A stretch of DNA of 64,000 bases, taken from positions 43,896,001 to 43,960,000 of the forward strand of contig NC_043007.1 in assembly GCF_006345805.1 (NCBI RefSeq), in the 5' to 3' direction. The DNA is from Octopus sinensis (taxonomy: Eukaryota). This document shows positions 40,047 through 51,670 of this stretch, piece after piece. Numbering within the stretch: the stretch's first letter is position 1; each line of letters starts with the position of its first letter. The notes under the pieces are model-generated. The model was not told the DNA's origin. It made no database searches and saw nothing but the letters and a program-made list of their open reading frames with translations. A program made the position numbers and the translations under genes.

Positions 40047-42325
40047 TATTTCATAAATTTGTCATATAGACAGTACAAAGAGCTTTGCAGGCTGGACAAA
40101 CACGTTAATAAATGAAATGAATTATAATGAATAGATGAGAGACGAAACCCAACACCCGCCGATTGGATTTTTCTCGAAAACATATTTTCTTTTCTTTCTT
40201 TTTAAATCAGTATAAGGTTTCAAACCTTTTACAAGGAGGCACTAAAACCTCTTACTTAACATATTTTCTTTTTTCTTTCTTAAAACACAAAATTAAGGTT
40301 ATAAACCACTACAAAATAGTCCAATAAAGTGAGGTTTCAAACTCTGTAACGAGGGTCTTTCACCTCCTACTCTTCGATATATCCATCGATATATTCATCA
40401 TTATCTTCAGTGCCGCTTGAGTTCCTGTATCCCGCCGTTTCCCATGCCTCACTCATGTAGGACATGTAAGTCGTGTAAGGGCCACCCGGCCATATGCGAC
40501 ACTCCTCCCCAAATCCTTTAAGCCTTTCCCACAAGGGAAACCTTATGACCTCCACAGCTATCTGCGGAGGCCACTCGGGATCCCGTGTGAAGGGCATATC
40601 TACTGTTTCTTTATGTTCTTCTACTATTTTCCCCCTCCCCGCCCTTGTAGAAAAAGATAATCAATTGATCATCTTTAAGGGTGGGGTGGTTTCTTCCACC
40701 GTGGGTGGCATAACTTCGGGGCATGCAGTCGGTACATCATCTCCCTGCTGAAATGACCCGTTCTTCTTTCTTTTTTTCTTTTCTTCCTGACTTCGGTAGA
40801 GTGGAGCTCTTCCGCTTTGTCCAGAGACTCTTTCCCGCCTCCCGAAGCCTTAGGTTCCTTCGGCGGGCAACTATAGTTGCCCGCCTTCCTTTTTAATCCT
40901 TTTAGAGTTGAGGAGGCTGAAGCCTCCTCGACCACATCCACCTCTCCCTTTGACCGGGTAGGGGAGGTGGCATCTGGTGACTGTTCCAGGACCTTACCAT
41001 GGTCTTGGGGGTAGTTCCTTCTAATGTGGCCTGGCTGCAGGCATGAGTGACACTTTGGGGGACGTCCCTCAAGTATCACCGGATACCTGCAGCCAGCCAT
41101 TTTCAAGAAATCTGGAAAAACCAGTTCTGCTGCGGCCGATGGGGTCCACACACAGGTCAAAATCGCTTTTGACCATTCCCAATCGACCGCCGGCAATACC
41201 CTTACATTTAAGAGCCTGGGCCCACCATCCCCCAGTCCCAGTCGGATGGTATCTTCAATCCAATCCGCTTCGGTGCCCAGGGGGAGCCCACATACCCAGG
41301 CTCGTATTAATTTTCTTCCACAATATGATGGGAGAAACAAAATTTCCTTGCCTTCTAAAGGCTGACTGGCGAGCCTTTTCCCCGTTGTCAAGCAGCAACC
41401 ATACGGTTGCATGTTTGACACCACGGGATATATATTTTACGGAGGACAAATGTTCTTTGAGTTCATTTTTTATGACTTGTTTCGGGAAGACGGTGATGGA
41501 ATTAAGAATTTTAGAATACGTTCTAAGTACGATCGTCTTCTCCTCCATATCTTTTAACCATTGCTTAAGCGGGTTAATTTCCCACTCTAAGACAGAGTTT
41601 TTCTTTTTAAGTTCCTTCTCTGCCATGTCAAAAAAGTTCAAAAGTAGTTCAAAAGACAATCTGCCAAAAAATTAAACCGAATAAAAATAAAACAAAATAA
41701 AGGGGAGGGGAGGAAACTGAAATTAAAGTAATGAAAAGAATGAACCAAAAATTTTTAGAAAGCAAGAAATAATAGAAGGGAAAAGTAAAAGAAAAATCTC
41801 ACAAATAGCACAGACAGGGAATCCTTTGTATAATACTCCAAAAAGGTAATCCAAAAAGGTAATCCAAATGGCTTATTCTTTTTTTTTTTTTTTGTTTTGG
41901 CGAGATACGCCCACTAGAATTCACAAGAAGAATTTTCAAAAAAATTCGCAATTCACCGTTACGGCCAAAATTTAACAAAACTGTAAAACAGTTTAAAAAA
42001 TCATTCCAAATTTCTTCTAGGTACTCCTTAACAGGAACAACACTATTTTCAAACAAAAGTTTGGCAGGATACGCCTACCAAACCAATAATTTTCACAATC
42101 AGGCGAATAATATTTTCACTCAGCCTCCGGCATACTAGAGCCTACTAAGGACTTGTTGCTTGTAAAAATAATCTGTTACATACAACAGGTCCCCACTAGA
42201 CCCCCAAAATTCTTACCTTACGGCTGAGTATTCAAAAGTCTTCAATTTAAGACGGCTTTGAAAAACTCGTCTTACATCTTCGGTGTCACGCTCAACACTG
42301 ACTTGCACATGCGTAGAAGCAACCT
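40047..42325 (-). mobile_element. ORF1-only (half-LINE) element, unit 1 (divergent subfamily)
   Basis: Bounded by target copies 40032-40046 and 42326-42340. Single frameshifted gag-like ORF, no EN/RT. Confidence 0.82.
40367..41626 (-). pseudogene. LINE ORF1/gag-like protein (RRM-like region + zinc knuckle), unit 1, two frameshifts
   Basis: MAEKELKKK..., LFLPSYCGRK..WVCGLP, YPVILEGRPPKCHSCLQPGHIRRNY (last Cys to Tyr). ORFs 41255..41659, 40675..41424 and 40367..40597. Confidence 0.8.
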
Positions 42326-42340
42326 GTAAACAAGCTACTT

Positions 42341-44274
42341 TATTTTATATAATTTGCCACTAGGGCAGCACACAGAGTAGTAGCTACGGGCTGGACAAGG
42401 ACATTAATGGATGATGGTGGTGGTGGATGAAGATGGTGATGGGAGAAGTCGAAAGCGCCCGCCGACTTTCGCTTCTCTAAAACAATGTTTCAATTCACAA
42501 TGATTCAAATTACATAAAAAATGTTCAACAATTCTCCTCGTCAGGTCCCCGAAGCAAATTGTCTTGCCGCCTGCAGACAACTCTGCGACGACAAGTCGGG
42601 GCCTGCAAAGAGAAAAGTAAAATCTTTCCTTTCAAAGGTCTCTGCGACCCTTGACAAAGTATCTTCCGTTACTTTTTCCGCAGCTACCCACGGAGGCCAT
42701 AACGGACTCCTTGAGCCGACCGTGCCCTTACGTTCTCGGTCACCCAAGCCATTCAAAAATCTTTCCACCTCCTCTCCCTTGTGGTAAAGGAGGAGAAGCA
42801 TCTCCTCTTCACAGGAAGGGACCTCACACTGCTCCGTCAGTGGCACACTTCCTACTGGCGGAGCCTTGTTCGCAGGTGGCACACATCCCACCCGCGGCTC
42901 CGTCGGCGACACAGAAACGTCAGTCGTCCGACCTCTCCTTTTTCTCCTCCTTCTTTTGGGGGAGACTGCTGACCCAGGGGACTCCGTCACCAGACACGGG
43001 GGATTGCTATCCCCCTCCGCCCCTGTTGCTCGCCTGTCTCTTTCTTTTCGTGGAGGCAACCTCCTCCACGACTTCCACCGTCTCCCCCTCCAATGAGGGG
43101 GCGGCGGGCGCCTTTTCCCCTTCTGCTCCGGGGCACCACCACGGCCCTCGGGACAATTCTTCCTGATATGTCCGGGCTTCAGGCACAGGTGACACTTGGG
43201 GAGGCGACCCTCGAGTATCACCGGGTACCTGTGCCCAGCCATTCTCAGGAAGTCCGGGAATTTCATTTCTCCCACGGCCACCGGTGTCCACAGGGTCAAA
43301 GTTGCCTTTTACCCCTCCCAGGCGACCGCGGGAGCCATTTTCACACTCAGTAGTCTGGGTCCGCTATCCCCCAGGCCTCGCCGGATGGTCTTCTCGATCC
43401 ATTCCGCCTCCGTGCCCGGGGGCAGCCCACACACCCAGGCTCTTTTTACTTTTCTGCCACAATACGAAGGGAGGAACAAAATTTCCTCTCCCTCCAGTGG
43501 CTCGCTAGCAAATCTGCTAGCTTCCTCGGGGGTACCAAACAGCAACCACACCGTTGCAAATTTAGTCCCCGAGAAATAAATTTTATAGTTGGCAGGTGGT
43601 CCCCCAACTCTTTCTCTATAGTATTCCTGTCGAAGAGGGCAATGGCTCCACGCGACCTAGAATAGGTTCGTAGGACCACCGTCCTCTTCTCAAGACTTTC
43701 AATCCACCGCTTGGGTGGGACGACCTCCCATTCCAAAGCGGTGGTTTCTTTTGTTGCCATGTTTTTTTTTTAAATAAATGTATCAGAATAAAACTAAAAA
43801 ACGAGAAGAAAAGGAAATCCGAAGAAAGTCACAATGAAAAAAGGAGAGAGTCAAATAAAGTTAAAAAGAAAGTCAAATAAAGTTAAAAAGAAAGTCAATA
43901 ACACAGCAAAATCCTTTTGGCCACTTGGTACTCCCGGCCTAAATCGAACCAGGATCGCACAACTTCCACAAAAATTGGTGTAAAATTGGTAGTTCTTCAC
44001 AGCACAATACAATTCTCACAATTCGAAGACGGATACGCCCCAAAAAATTTTCTCAGCGAGAAAAATATATTTGCCACATGTCGGCAGAATCAGAATTCTG
44101 AATCCAGTAGGACTTCCTGCATGTAAAAAACAATTCTCAACAAAAACTCCCACTGGACCCAGAAAACAGAATCTTACCTTACATGGGGCTTCCAAAGTTT
44201 TCAATTCAAGACGGCTTCAAAAGCACATCTTCACTGCTTCAGTGCCAAACACAACACTGACTCGCACATGCGCA
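42341..44274 (-). mobile_element. ORF1-only element, unit 2 (subfamily A)
   Basis: Bounded by target copies 42326-42340 and 44275-44288. Confidence 0.85.
42541..43760 (-). pseudogene. ORF1/gag-like protein, unit 2 (1-nt indels, in-frame TAA at 43309-43311, 26-nt deletion)
   Basis: MATKETT..., KCHLCLKPGHIRKNC CCHC knuckle, basic PKRRRRKRRGR, C-terminus ...FLFAGPDLSSQSCLQAARQFASGT. Confidence 0.85.
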
Positions 44275-44288
44275 GTAAGAAGCTACTT

Positions 44289-46370
44289 TATTTTATTTCA
44301 TTTAATTTGCCACTAGGGCATCACACAGAGGTAGCAGTAGCTCCGGGCTGGACACAGACATTAATGGATTATGTAATGATGGATGAAAATGGTGATGGGA
44401 AAAGTCAGAAGCGCCCGTCGACCTCTGCTTCTCTAATACAATGTTCTTTTTACAATGTTTTTAATCTTACAAAATTCAAAATTCAAAAATTTCAGAAAAT
44501 AACAGTGTTCAATGAATACATTTAGTAAAATGTTCAAAAATGTTCAAAATGTTCAAATTACATTTTTTCAGACGAGGTGATAAACCTCCTCTTCAACATG
44601 TTTAAAATGTTCAAAATGTTCAAAAAGTGTTTAACAATTCTCCCCGTCAGGTCCCCGAAGCAAATTGTCTTGCCGCCTGCAGACAACTCTGCGACGACAA
44701 GTCGGGGCCTGCGAAGAGAAAGGTAAAGTGCCTTCTTTCAAAGGTCTCTGCGACCCTTGATAAGATAGCCTCCGTTACCCTTTCCGCAGCTACCCACGGA
44801 GGCCATAACGGATTTCTTGAGCCGACCGCGCCCTTGCGCTCTCGGTCGCTCAAGCCATTCAAGAAATCTTCCACCTCCTCTCCCTTGTGGTAGAGGAGGA
44901 GAAGCATCTCCTCTTCACAGGAAGGGACCTCCAGTGGCTCACTTCCTACTGGCGGAGCCTTGTCGCGGGTGGCACACATCCCACCCGCGGCTCCGTCGGC
45001 GACACAGAAACGTCAGTCGTCCGACCTCTCCTTTTTCTCCTCCTTCTTTTGGGGGAGACTGCTGACCCAGGGGACTCCGTCACCAGACACGGGGGATTGC
45101 TATCCCCCTCCGCCCCTGTTGCTCGCCTGTCTCTTTCTTTTCGTGGAGGCAACCTCCTCCACGACTTCCACCGTCTCCCCCTCCAATGAGGGGGCGGCGG
45201 GCGCCTTTTCCCCTTTCTGCTCCGGGGCACCACCACGGCCCTCGGGACAATTCTTCCTGATATGTCCGGGCTTCAGGCACAGGTGACACTTGGGGAGGCG
45301 ACCCTCGAGTATCACCGGGTACCTGTGCCCAGCCATTCTCAGGAAGTCCGGGAATTTCATTTCTCCCACGGCCACCGGTGTCCACAGGGTCAAAGTTGCC
45401 TTTTACCCCTCCCAGGCGACCGCGGGAGCCATTTTCACACTCAGTAGTCTGGGTCCGCTATCCCCCAGGCCTCGCCGGATGGTCTTCTCGATCCATTCCG
45501 CCTCCGTGCCCGGGGGCAGCCCACACACCCAGGCTCTTTTTACTTTTCTGCCACAATACGAAGGGAGGAACAAAATTTCCTCTCCCTCCAGTGGCTCGCT
45601 AGCAAATCTGCTAGCTTCCTCGGGGGTACCAAACAGCAACCACACCGTTGCAAATTTAGTCCCCCGAGAAATAAATTTTATAGTTGGCAGGTGGTCCCCC
45701 AACTCTTTCTCTATAGTATTCCTGTCGAAGAGGGCAATGGCTCCACGCGACCTAGAATAGGTTCGTAGGACCACCGTCCTCTTCTCAAGACTTTCAATCC
45801 ACCGCTTGGGTGGGACGACCTCCCATTCCAAAGTGGTGGTTTCTTTTGTTGCCATGTTTTTTTTTTAAATAAATGTATTCAGAATAAAACTAAAAAACGA
45901 GAAGAAAAGGAAATCCGAAGAAAGTCACAATGAAAAAAGGAGAGAGTCAAATAAAGTTAAAAAGAAAGTCAAATAAAGTTAAAAAGAAAGTCAATAACAC
46001 AGCAAAATCCTTTTGGCCACTTGGTACTCCCGGCCTAAATCGAACCAGGATCGCACAACTTCCACAAAAATTGGTGTAAAATTGGTAGTTCTTCACAGCA
46101 CAATACAATTCTCACAATTCGAAGACGGATACGCCCCAAAAAATTTTCTCAGCGAGAAAAATATATTTGCCACATGTCGGCAGAATCAGAATTCTGAATC
46201 CAGTAGGACTTCCTGCATGTAAAAAACAATTCTCAACAAAAACTCCCACTGGACCCAGAAAACAGAATCTTACCTTACATGGGGCTTCCAAAGTTTTCAA
46301 TTCAAGACGGCTTCAAAAGCACATCTTCACTGCTTCAGTGCCAAACACAACACTGACTCGCACATGCGCA
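44289..46370 (-). mobile_element. ORF1-only element, unit 3 (A/B recombinant)
   Basis: Bounded by target copies 44275-44288 and 46371-46384. The 5' half matches unit 2 and the 3' half matches unit 4. Confidence 0.85.
44647..45855 (-). pseudogene. ORF1/gag-like protein, unit 3
   Basis: Same TAA (45403-45405) and 26-nt deletion as unit 2. C-terminus EVEDFLNGLSD..RRHFTFLF as in unit 4. Confidence 0.85.
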
Positions 46371-46384
46371 GTAAGAAGCTACTT

Positions 46385-48511
46385 TATTTCATTTAATTTG
46401 CCACTAGGGCATCACACAGAGGTAGCAGTAGCTCCGGGCTGGACACAGACATTAATGGATTATGGTAATGATGGATGAAAATGGTGATGGGAAAAGTCAG
46501 AAGCGCCCGTCGACCTCTGCTTCTCTAATACAATGTTCTTTTTACAATGTTTTTAAATTTTACAAAATTCAAAATTCAAAAATTTCAGAAAATAACAGTG
46601 TTCAATGAATACATTTAGTAAAATGTTCAAAAATGTTCAAAATGTTCAAATTACATTTTTTCAGACGAGGTGATAAACCTCCTCTTCAACATGTTTAAAA
46701 ATGTTCAAAATGTTCAAAAAGTGTTTAACAATTCTCCCCGTCAGGTCCCCGAAGAAAATTGTCTTGCCGCCTGCAGACAACTCTGCGACGACAAGTCGGG
46801 GCCTGCGAAGAGAAAGGTAAAGTGCCTTCTTTCAAAGGTCTCTGCGACCCTTGATAAGATAGCCTCCGTTACCCTTTCCGCAGCTACCCACGGAGGCCAT
46901 AACGGATTTCTTGAGCCGACCGCGCCCTTGCGCTCTCGGTCGCTCAAGCCATTCAAGAAATCTTCCACCTCCTCTCCCTTGTGGTAGAGGAGGAGAAGCA
47001 TCTCCTCTTCACAGGAAGGGACCTCCAGTGGCTCACTTCCTACTGGCGGAGTCTTGTCCGCGGGTGGCACACATCCCACCCGCGGCTCCGTCGGCGACAC
47101 AGAAACGTCAGACGTCCGACCTCTCCTTTTTCTCCTCCTTCTTTTGGGGGAGACTGCTAACCCAGGGGACTCCGTCACCAGACACGGGGGATTGCTATCC
47201 CCCTCCGCCCCCTGAGCGTTCTTTGGTGGGCAACCATTGTTGCTCGCCAGCCTCTTTCTTTTCGTGGAGGCAACCTCCTCCACGACTTCCACCGTCTCCC
47301 CCTCCTATGAGGGGACGGCGGGCACCTTTTCCTTTTCATGTTCCGGGGCGGCACCACGGCCCCCGGGACACTTCTTCTTAATATGTCCAGGCTCCGAGCA
47401 CCGGTGACACTTGGGGGCGCGTCCCTCAAGCATCACCGGGTACCTGGACCCGGCCATCTTCAGGAAGTCCGGAAAAACCAGACTCTTGGCCGACTGGGTC
47501 CACAGAGTCAAAGTGGCCTTTGACCCTTCCCAGTTAGCCGCAGGCTGCATTTTAACGTTGAGGATCTTGGCGTCCCTGTCACCCAGCCCCCGGCGGATAG
47601 AGTCTTCTATCCACTCGGGTTCAAAGCCGGGCGGCAGGCCACAGACCCACAAACGTAACAATTTTTCCCCCCTGTAACTGGGAAGAAACAGAATTTCATT
47701 GTCCTCAATGGGCTGGCTTGCACATTTGCAAGCTTCTTCGGCGGAGTCAAATAGCAACCAGACCGTTGCGTACTTGACCTCCCGTTGTATATGTTTAACG
47801 GCTGGCATATAATCTGCCAGCTCGTTCTCAATGGTATCTCTCGGAAAGACCATTATGGTGTCGAGTACCTTTGAAAATGTTCTCAGCACCACGGTTCTTT
47901 CCTCAAGATCATGTAAATATTTTTTGGGAGGTGCCAACTCCCACACAGTAAAATTCCTTGCCTTCGCCATAACGTAAAATACAATAGTTCAATAATAACT
48001 AAATTTAGCCACAGAAAGGAGAATAAAAATGTAACAGAAGGGAAGAAAAAATAAAAATGGCAGTTCAAAAAAGTTTTTAACAAATAAATGATAGAAGAGA
48101 AAGAGAGTTCAAATTAGGCAAAGGAATTCAGTTTTCTTTTTTTTTCTCACTTCTTCGGCCAGAATGTAATCCGTGCCAAATGCATTGGTAAGACCCTTGG
48201 TAAACAATCCTTGGTAATCCCGTGGACACACAATGACGATTTCACAATAATCTCTTCAGTCGGACCAAGCCGCTTCAAAAATACAATTTCTTTCGCTCGA
48301 CACAGGCAGAAAAATTACATTCGGAGAAAAGTGGAGCCTTATTACTTGCTAAAAATATTAAATGTTAAAAAACATTCATGCAAGCAATAAAGCTTCACTA
48401 AACCCACAAAAACACAAAATTCCTACCTTTAGTCGAGACGAAAGTTCAATTTTCGCGTTGAAACAACACGACATCTGGAGCAGCAAAAAAACACGTCTAA
48501 CTCAGACGAAG
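46385..48511 (-). mobile_element. ORF1-only element, unit 4 (subfamily B)
   Basis: Bounded by target copies 46371-46384 and 48512-48525. Confidence 0.85.
46741..47970 (-). pseudogene. ORF1/gag-like protein, unit 4: 409 codons, single in-frame TAG (47305-47307)
   Basis: ORFs 47305..47970 and 46741..47292 are in the same frame. Knuckle KCHRCSEPGHIKKKC. The TAG aligns with TTG (Leu) in units 2/3. Confidence 0.88.
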
Positions 48512-48547
48512 GTAAGAAGCTACTTACCACACAGCCATTCCTACGCC
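48512..48547 (-). mobile_element. 5' head of the split SINE family B copy
   Basis: GTAAGAAGCTACTT-ACCACACAGCCATTCCTACGCC is the reverse complement of the SINE start (compare 29773-29809). Confidence 0.85.
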
Positions 48548-48589
48548 TCTCTCTATAGTTAGTAACGATGTCTTTATATCTTTATCTTT

Positions 48590-48841
48590 TATATTTTACT
48601 TGCTTCAGTCATTGGACTGTGGCCATGCTGGAGCATCACCATGAAGAATTTTTAGTCGAATGTATCGACCCCAGTACTTATTTGTTTTAAAGCCTGGTAC
48701 TTATTCAATCGGTCTCTTTTGCCGAACCGCTAAGTTATGGGGACGTAAACACATCAGCACCGGTTGTCAAGCTGTGGTGGAAGGAAAAACACCGACTCAG
48801 TGACACACACACGTAGTATGTATGTACGTATATATGTATGT

Positions 48842-48936
<95 letters not shown>

Positions 48937-49101
48937 CGATGGGCCTCTTTCATTTTCGTCTACGAATTTCACCCACAAGGCATTGATCAGTTCAAGGCTG
49001 TAGAAGACGCTAGCCCAAGGTGCCATGCAGTAGTACTGAACCCAGAACCCTGTGGTTGGGAAGCAAGCTTCTTCCTACATACACAGCCAATTCCTGCGCC
49101 T
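48590..49101 (-). mobile_element. SINE family B with internal (TAGA)n
   Basis: Tail TTACTTGCTTCAGTCATTGGAC at left and head ..CACAGCCAATTCCTGCGCCT at right. Confidence 0.85.
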
Positions 49102-49126
49102 ATACACAGCCAAAGGATACCTCATA

Positions 49127-49191
<65 letters not shown>

Positions 49192-50090
49192 CCAAACTAA
49201 AAATAGAACAGCAACGAACCATGATAAAACGATGGCAAGAAAAGCCCCTTCATGGTAAATACTGCACTAAACTAAACGCAAAAGAAATAGACAAAGAAAG
49301 ATCCCAGCAATGGTTGAGAAGCTCAGGACTCAAAGCAGAAACAGAGGGATTTTTAATTGCAGCACAAGACCAAAGCCTCCCCACCAGAAATTACCAAAAA
49401 CATGTAATGAAAAGAAATATTACAAGTAACTGCAGAATATGTGGAGATGGACAAGAAACAATAAATCATATTATCTCTAGCTGCCCAGTCCTGGCTAAGA
49501 AGGAATATATTCACAGACATGACAGAGTTGGAACCTACATACACTGGAAGCTATGCCAACATTATGGAATAACAACAGAAAAAAGATGGTATAGGCACAC
49601 ACCAGAAAAGGTTACAGAAAACGAGAAAGCAACCATACTCTGGGATATGCCGATACACACAGATAGAGAAATTAAGGCCAATAGACCAGATATAGTTGTC
49701 AGAGATCATGACGAAAAAAATGCTTTCTAATTGATGTATCAATACCGGCAGATGACAACGTGTCTCTAAAAGAAATGGAGAAACTCTCAAAATACAAAGA
49801 CCTGGAAATAGAGGTAACTAGAATGGGAATCTGAAAACAGAAACAATCCTATCATAGTAGGTGCATTAGGCATAATAAAAAATATTCAGACAAATACATA
49901 ACAAAACACCAGGACTTACAAACACATATATCATACAGAAAATTGCACTACTGGGCACTGCACACATCCTACGCAGAGCACTTTCCATACAATAACCATC
50001 AGAGCATCACAACAAATCACAGCACATACCCAAGGCACACAGAGCTGCGCTCGGTAGTGAAGTGAAAGCACGCTATAAAAATAAAAACTA

Positions 50091-50093
<3 letters not shown>
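49192..50093 (+). mobile_element. 5'-truncated Dong/R4-clade LINE (zinc finger + restriction-like endonuclease) inside (TAA)n
   Basis: ORF 49221..49730: CRICGDGQETINHIISSC, RHD, RPDIVV. After a frameshift in an A-run: LIDVSIP..KLSKYKDL..PIIVGALG. (AAT)n on both sides. Confidence 0.88.
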
Positions 50094-50175
<82 letters not shown>

Positions 50176-50439
50176 TAATAATAATAATAATAAAAGAACA
50201 TTTAACAAATGTATATAAAAAATTTACTAAAAATACACACAACTAACGAGAAAGACAAGTCATTTGTTCCATAGGAACAAGCTCAATGTTCCTCCTCATT
50301 TCAACCCTTTATTCAACATAACCTTATTTAGAATAAGCATTATGAATGTATTTGGCCTTATGTCACCTTAGAAGCATGGCTACCCGCTCACCAACCTTAG
50401 GTTATAAGACATAGATGTGGTGACCATCAGTGAGGCAAT

Positions 50440-51670
50440 GATTTGAGGCACTAGCCTTCATGCCCATCTTCGGTGGGTATGAGGTGTTCTCATCTCTAAG
50501 TCATACTGGTTCGAGATGTGGAATCGCTATATTGTTTCGAAAAGGTCTAGATCTTGCGATTCGGAATATCTTCTTGGATTTGGTAGATAAGTTGATAGTG
50601 TTGTACGTAACTAGCAGTGAACGCCATCCCTTCCGATCAATAGCCGTCAATAGACATGAAACAACTAGATTTCTTTTGGTGTCTAGTATCTTTCCTGGAA
50701 ACGTCTCGCTCTTTGGTGCGGGTGGGGGATTGGAACGACATCTTGGAAGCATGCTGGGACTACATGGAATCAGCTGATAACAAAGAAGTAATTCAAAAGC
50801 CTCTCTAGCCTACTCAGATGATTCCAACGATTGCAGTGAGAGTGACCCTTGACCAATTGTTCAACGCGAAGTACAAAACTGCGTTGTTAGAGCTAAAGCA
50901 TGTGCTACAAGACCCAAATGAACAACTGCCGTTCGATGGACCCGAGTAGCAAAGGCACAACAGGACAATAAATCCACAGCTGAGTCTTTGACTGGCCATG
51001 GTGAGAGCGCGCTACACGATCCCAGGTTGTTGTCTGCGGCTTTTTAGCGGCACTTTGCTCGACTGTTCGGGAAGAGTGCCGGATTGTATTGCAGGATATA
51101 TTTCAAAATTTACCTCGATATCTATCTACGACTCAGCAATGGATGTAAAGTGTTGGGAAAATCTGATAACACCACAATTTCTAGTTACACAAAAGGCTAA
51201 ATGCCTGGTTTTGATCCTCTACCCTACTAGCCTTAGGTTTATATTCCACACTTGTTCAGTAACATCTTGGCAAATATCTACTACAAATGACAGCAGCAGG
51301 CAGCAGAACAAGATAATACTCAGTTGTGTGAACCGAGGAGCGGAGACGCTGTGAAGAATGGATCCGAGCATGAACTACCGTATTGCTAATTGTCAAATTT
51401 CAAGTTTTGGGCCAAGGCCTTAGCGAAGATTTTGGCAATTGCCGTTAGTTGTCTGATTGGTGATGTGCAGACATACGCCATCCCAAACATATCTATCCAC
51501 AGCAACCCCCACTTCATGCGATACCTCACAGAAAGGATGAGTAAGGAACCTAGCACGTATGGACTCCTGATAAATTTAGATCAGCCGAAAGCTTTCGATT
51601 ACAAATACTTAATGGCTGTCCTTGCAGTGTCGGTCCCGTCTTCGGAGTCTGGATTACTACAAGGTATCTC
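50440..51670 (+). pseudogene. Old, internally deleted Tx1-like ORF2
   Basis: GIAILFRKGLDL..FLD..KLIVL..FRSIAV (APE) and KALAKILA..SIHSNPHFMRY..LINLDQPKAFD (RT) align with the LINE at 20.9-24.3 kb. Confidence 0.75.

Noticed and set aside
43309-47307. Programmed stop-codon read-through at the in-frame TAA (units 2/3) and TAG (unit 4)
   Set aside because: The stops are at different positions and align with sense codons in sister units (TCA in unit 4, TTG in units 2/3). The shared TAA is explained by the local duplication.
40367-47970. Domesticated host gene cluster (tandem gag-like paralogs)
   Set aside because: All four ORFs are disrupted, and each unit is bounded by target duplications inside a SINE, which fits transposon insertions. 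Intact functional copies elsewhere are not excluded.
40032-48525. Regularly spaced 14-15-bp direct repeats suggesting a CRISPR-like array
   Set aside because: The spacers are ~2-kb coding elements homologous to each other, and the repeat is a SINE-derived target-site duplication in eukaryotic DNA.
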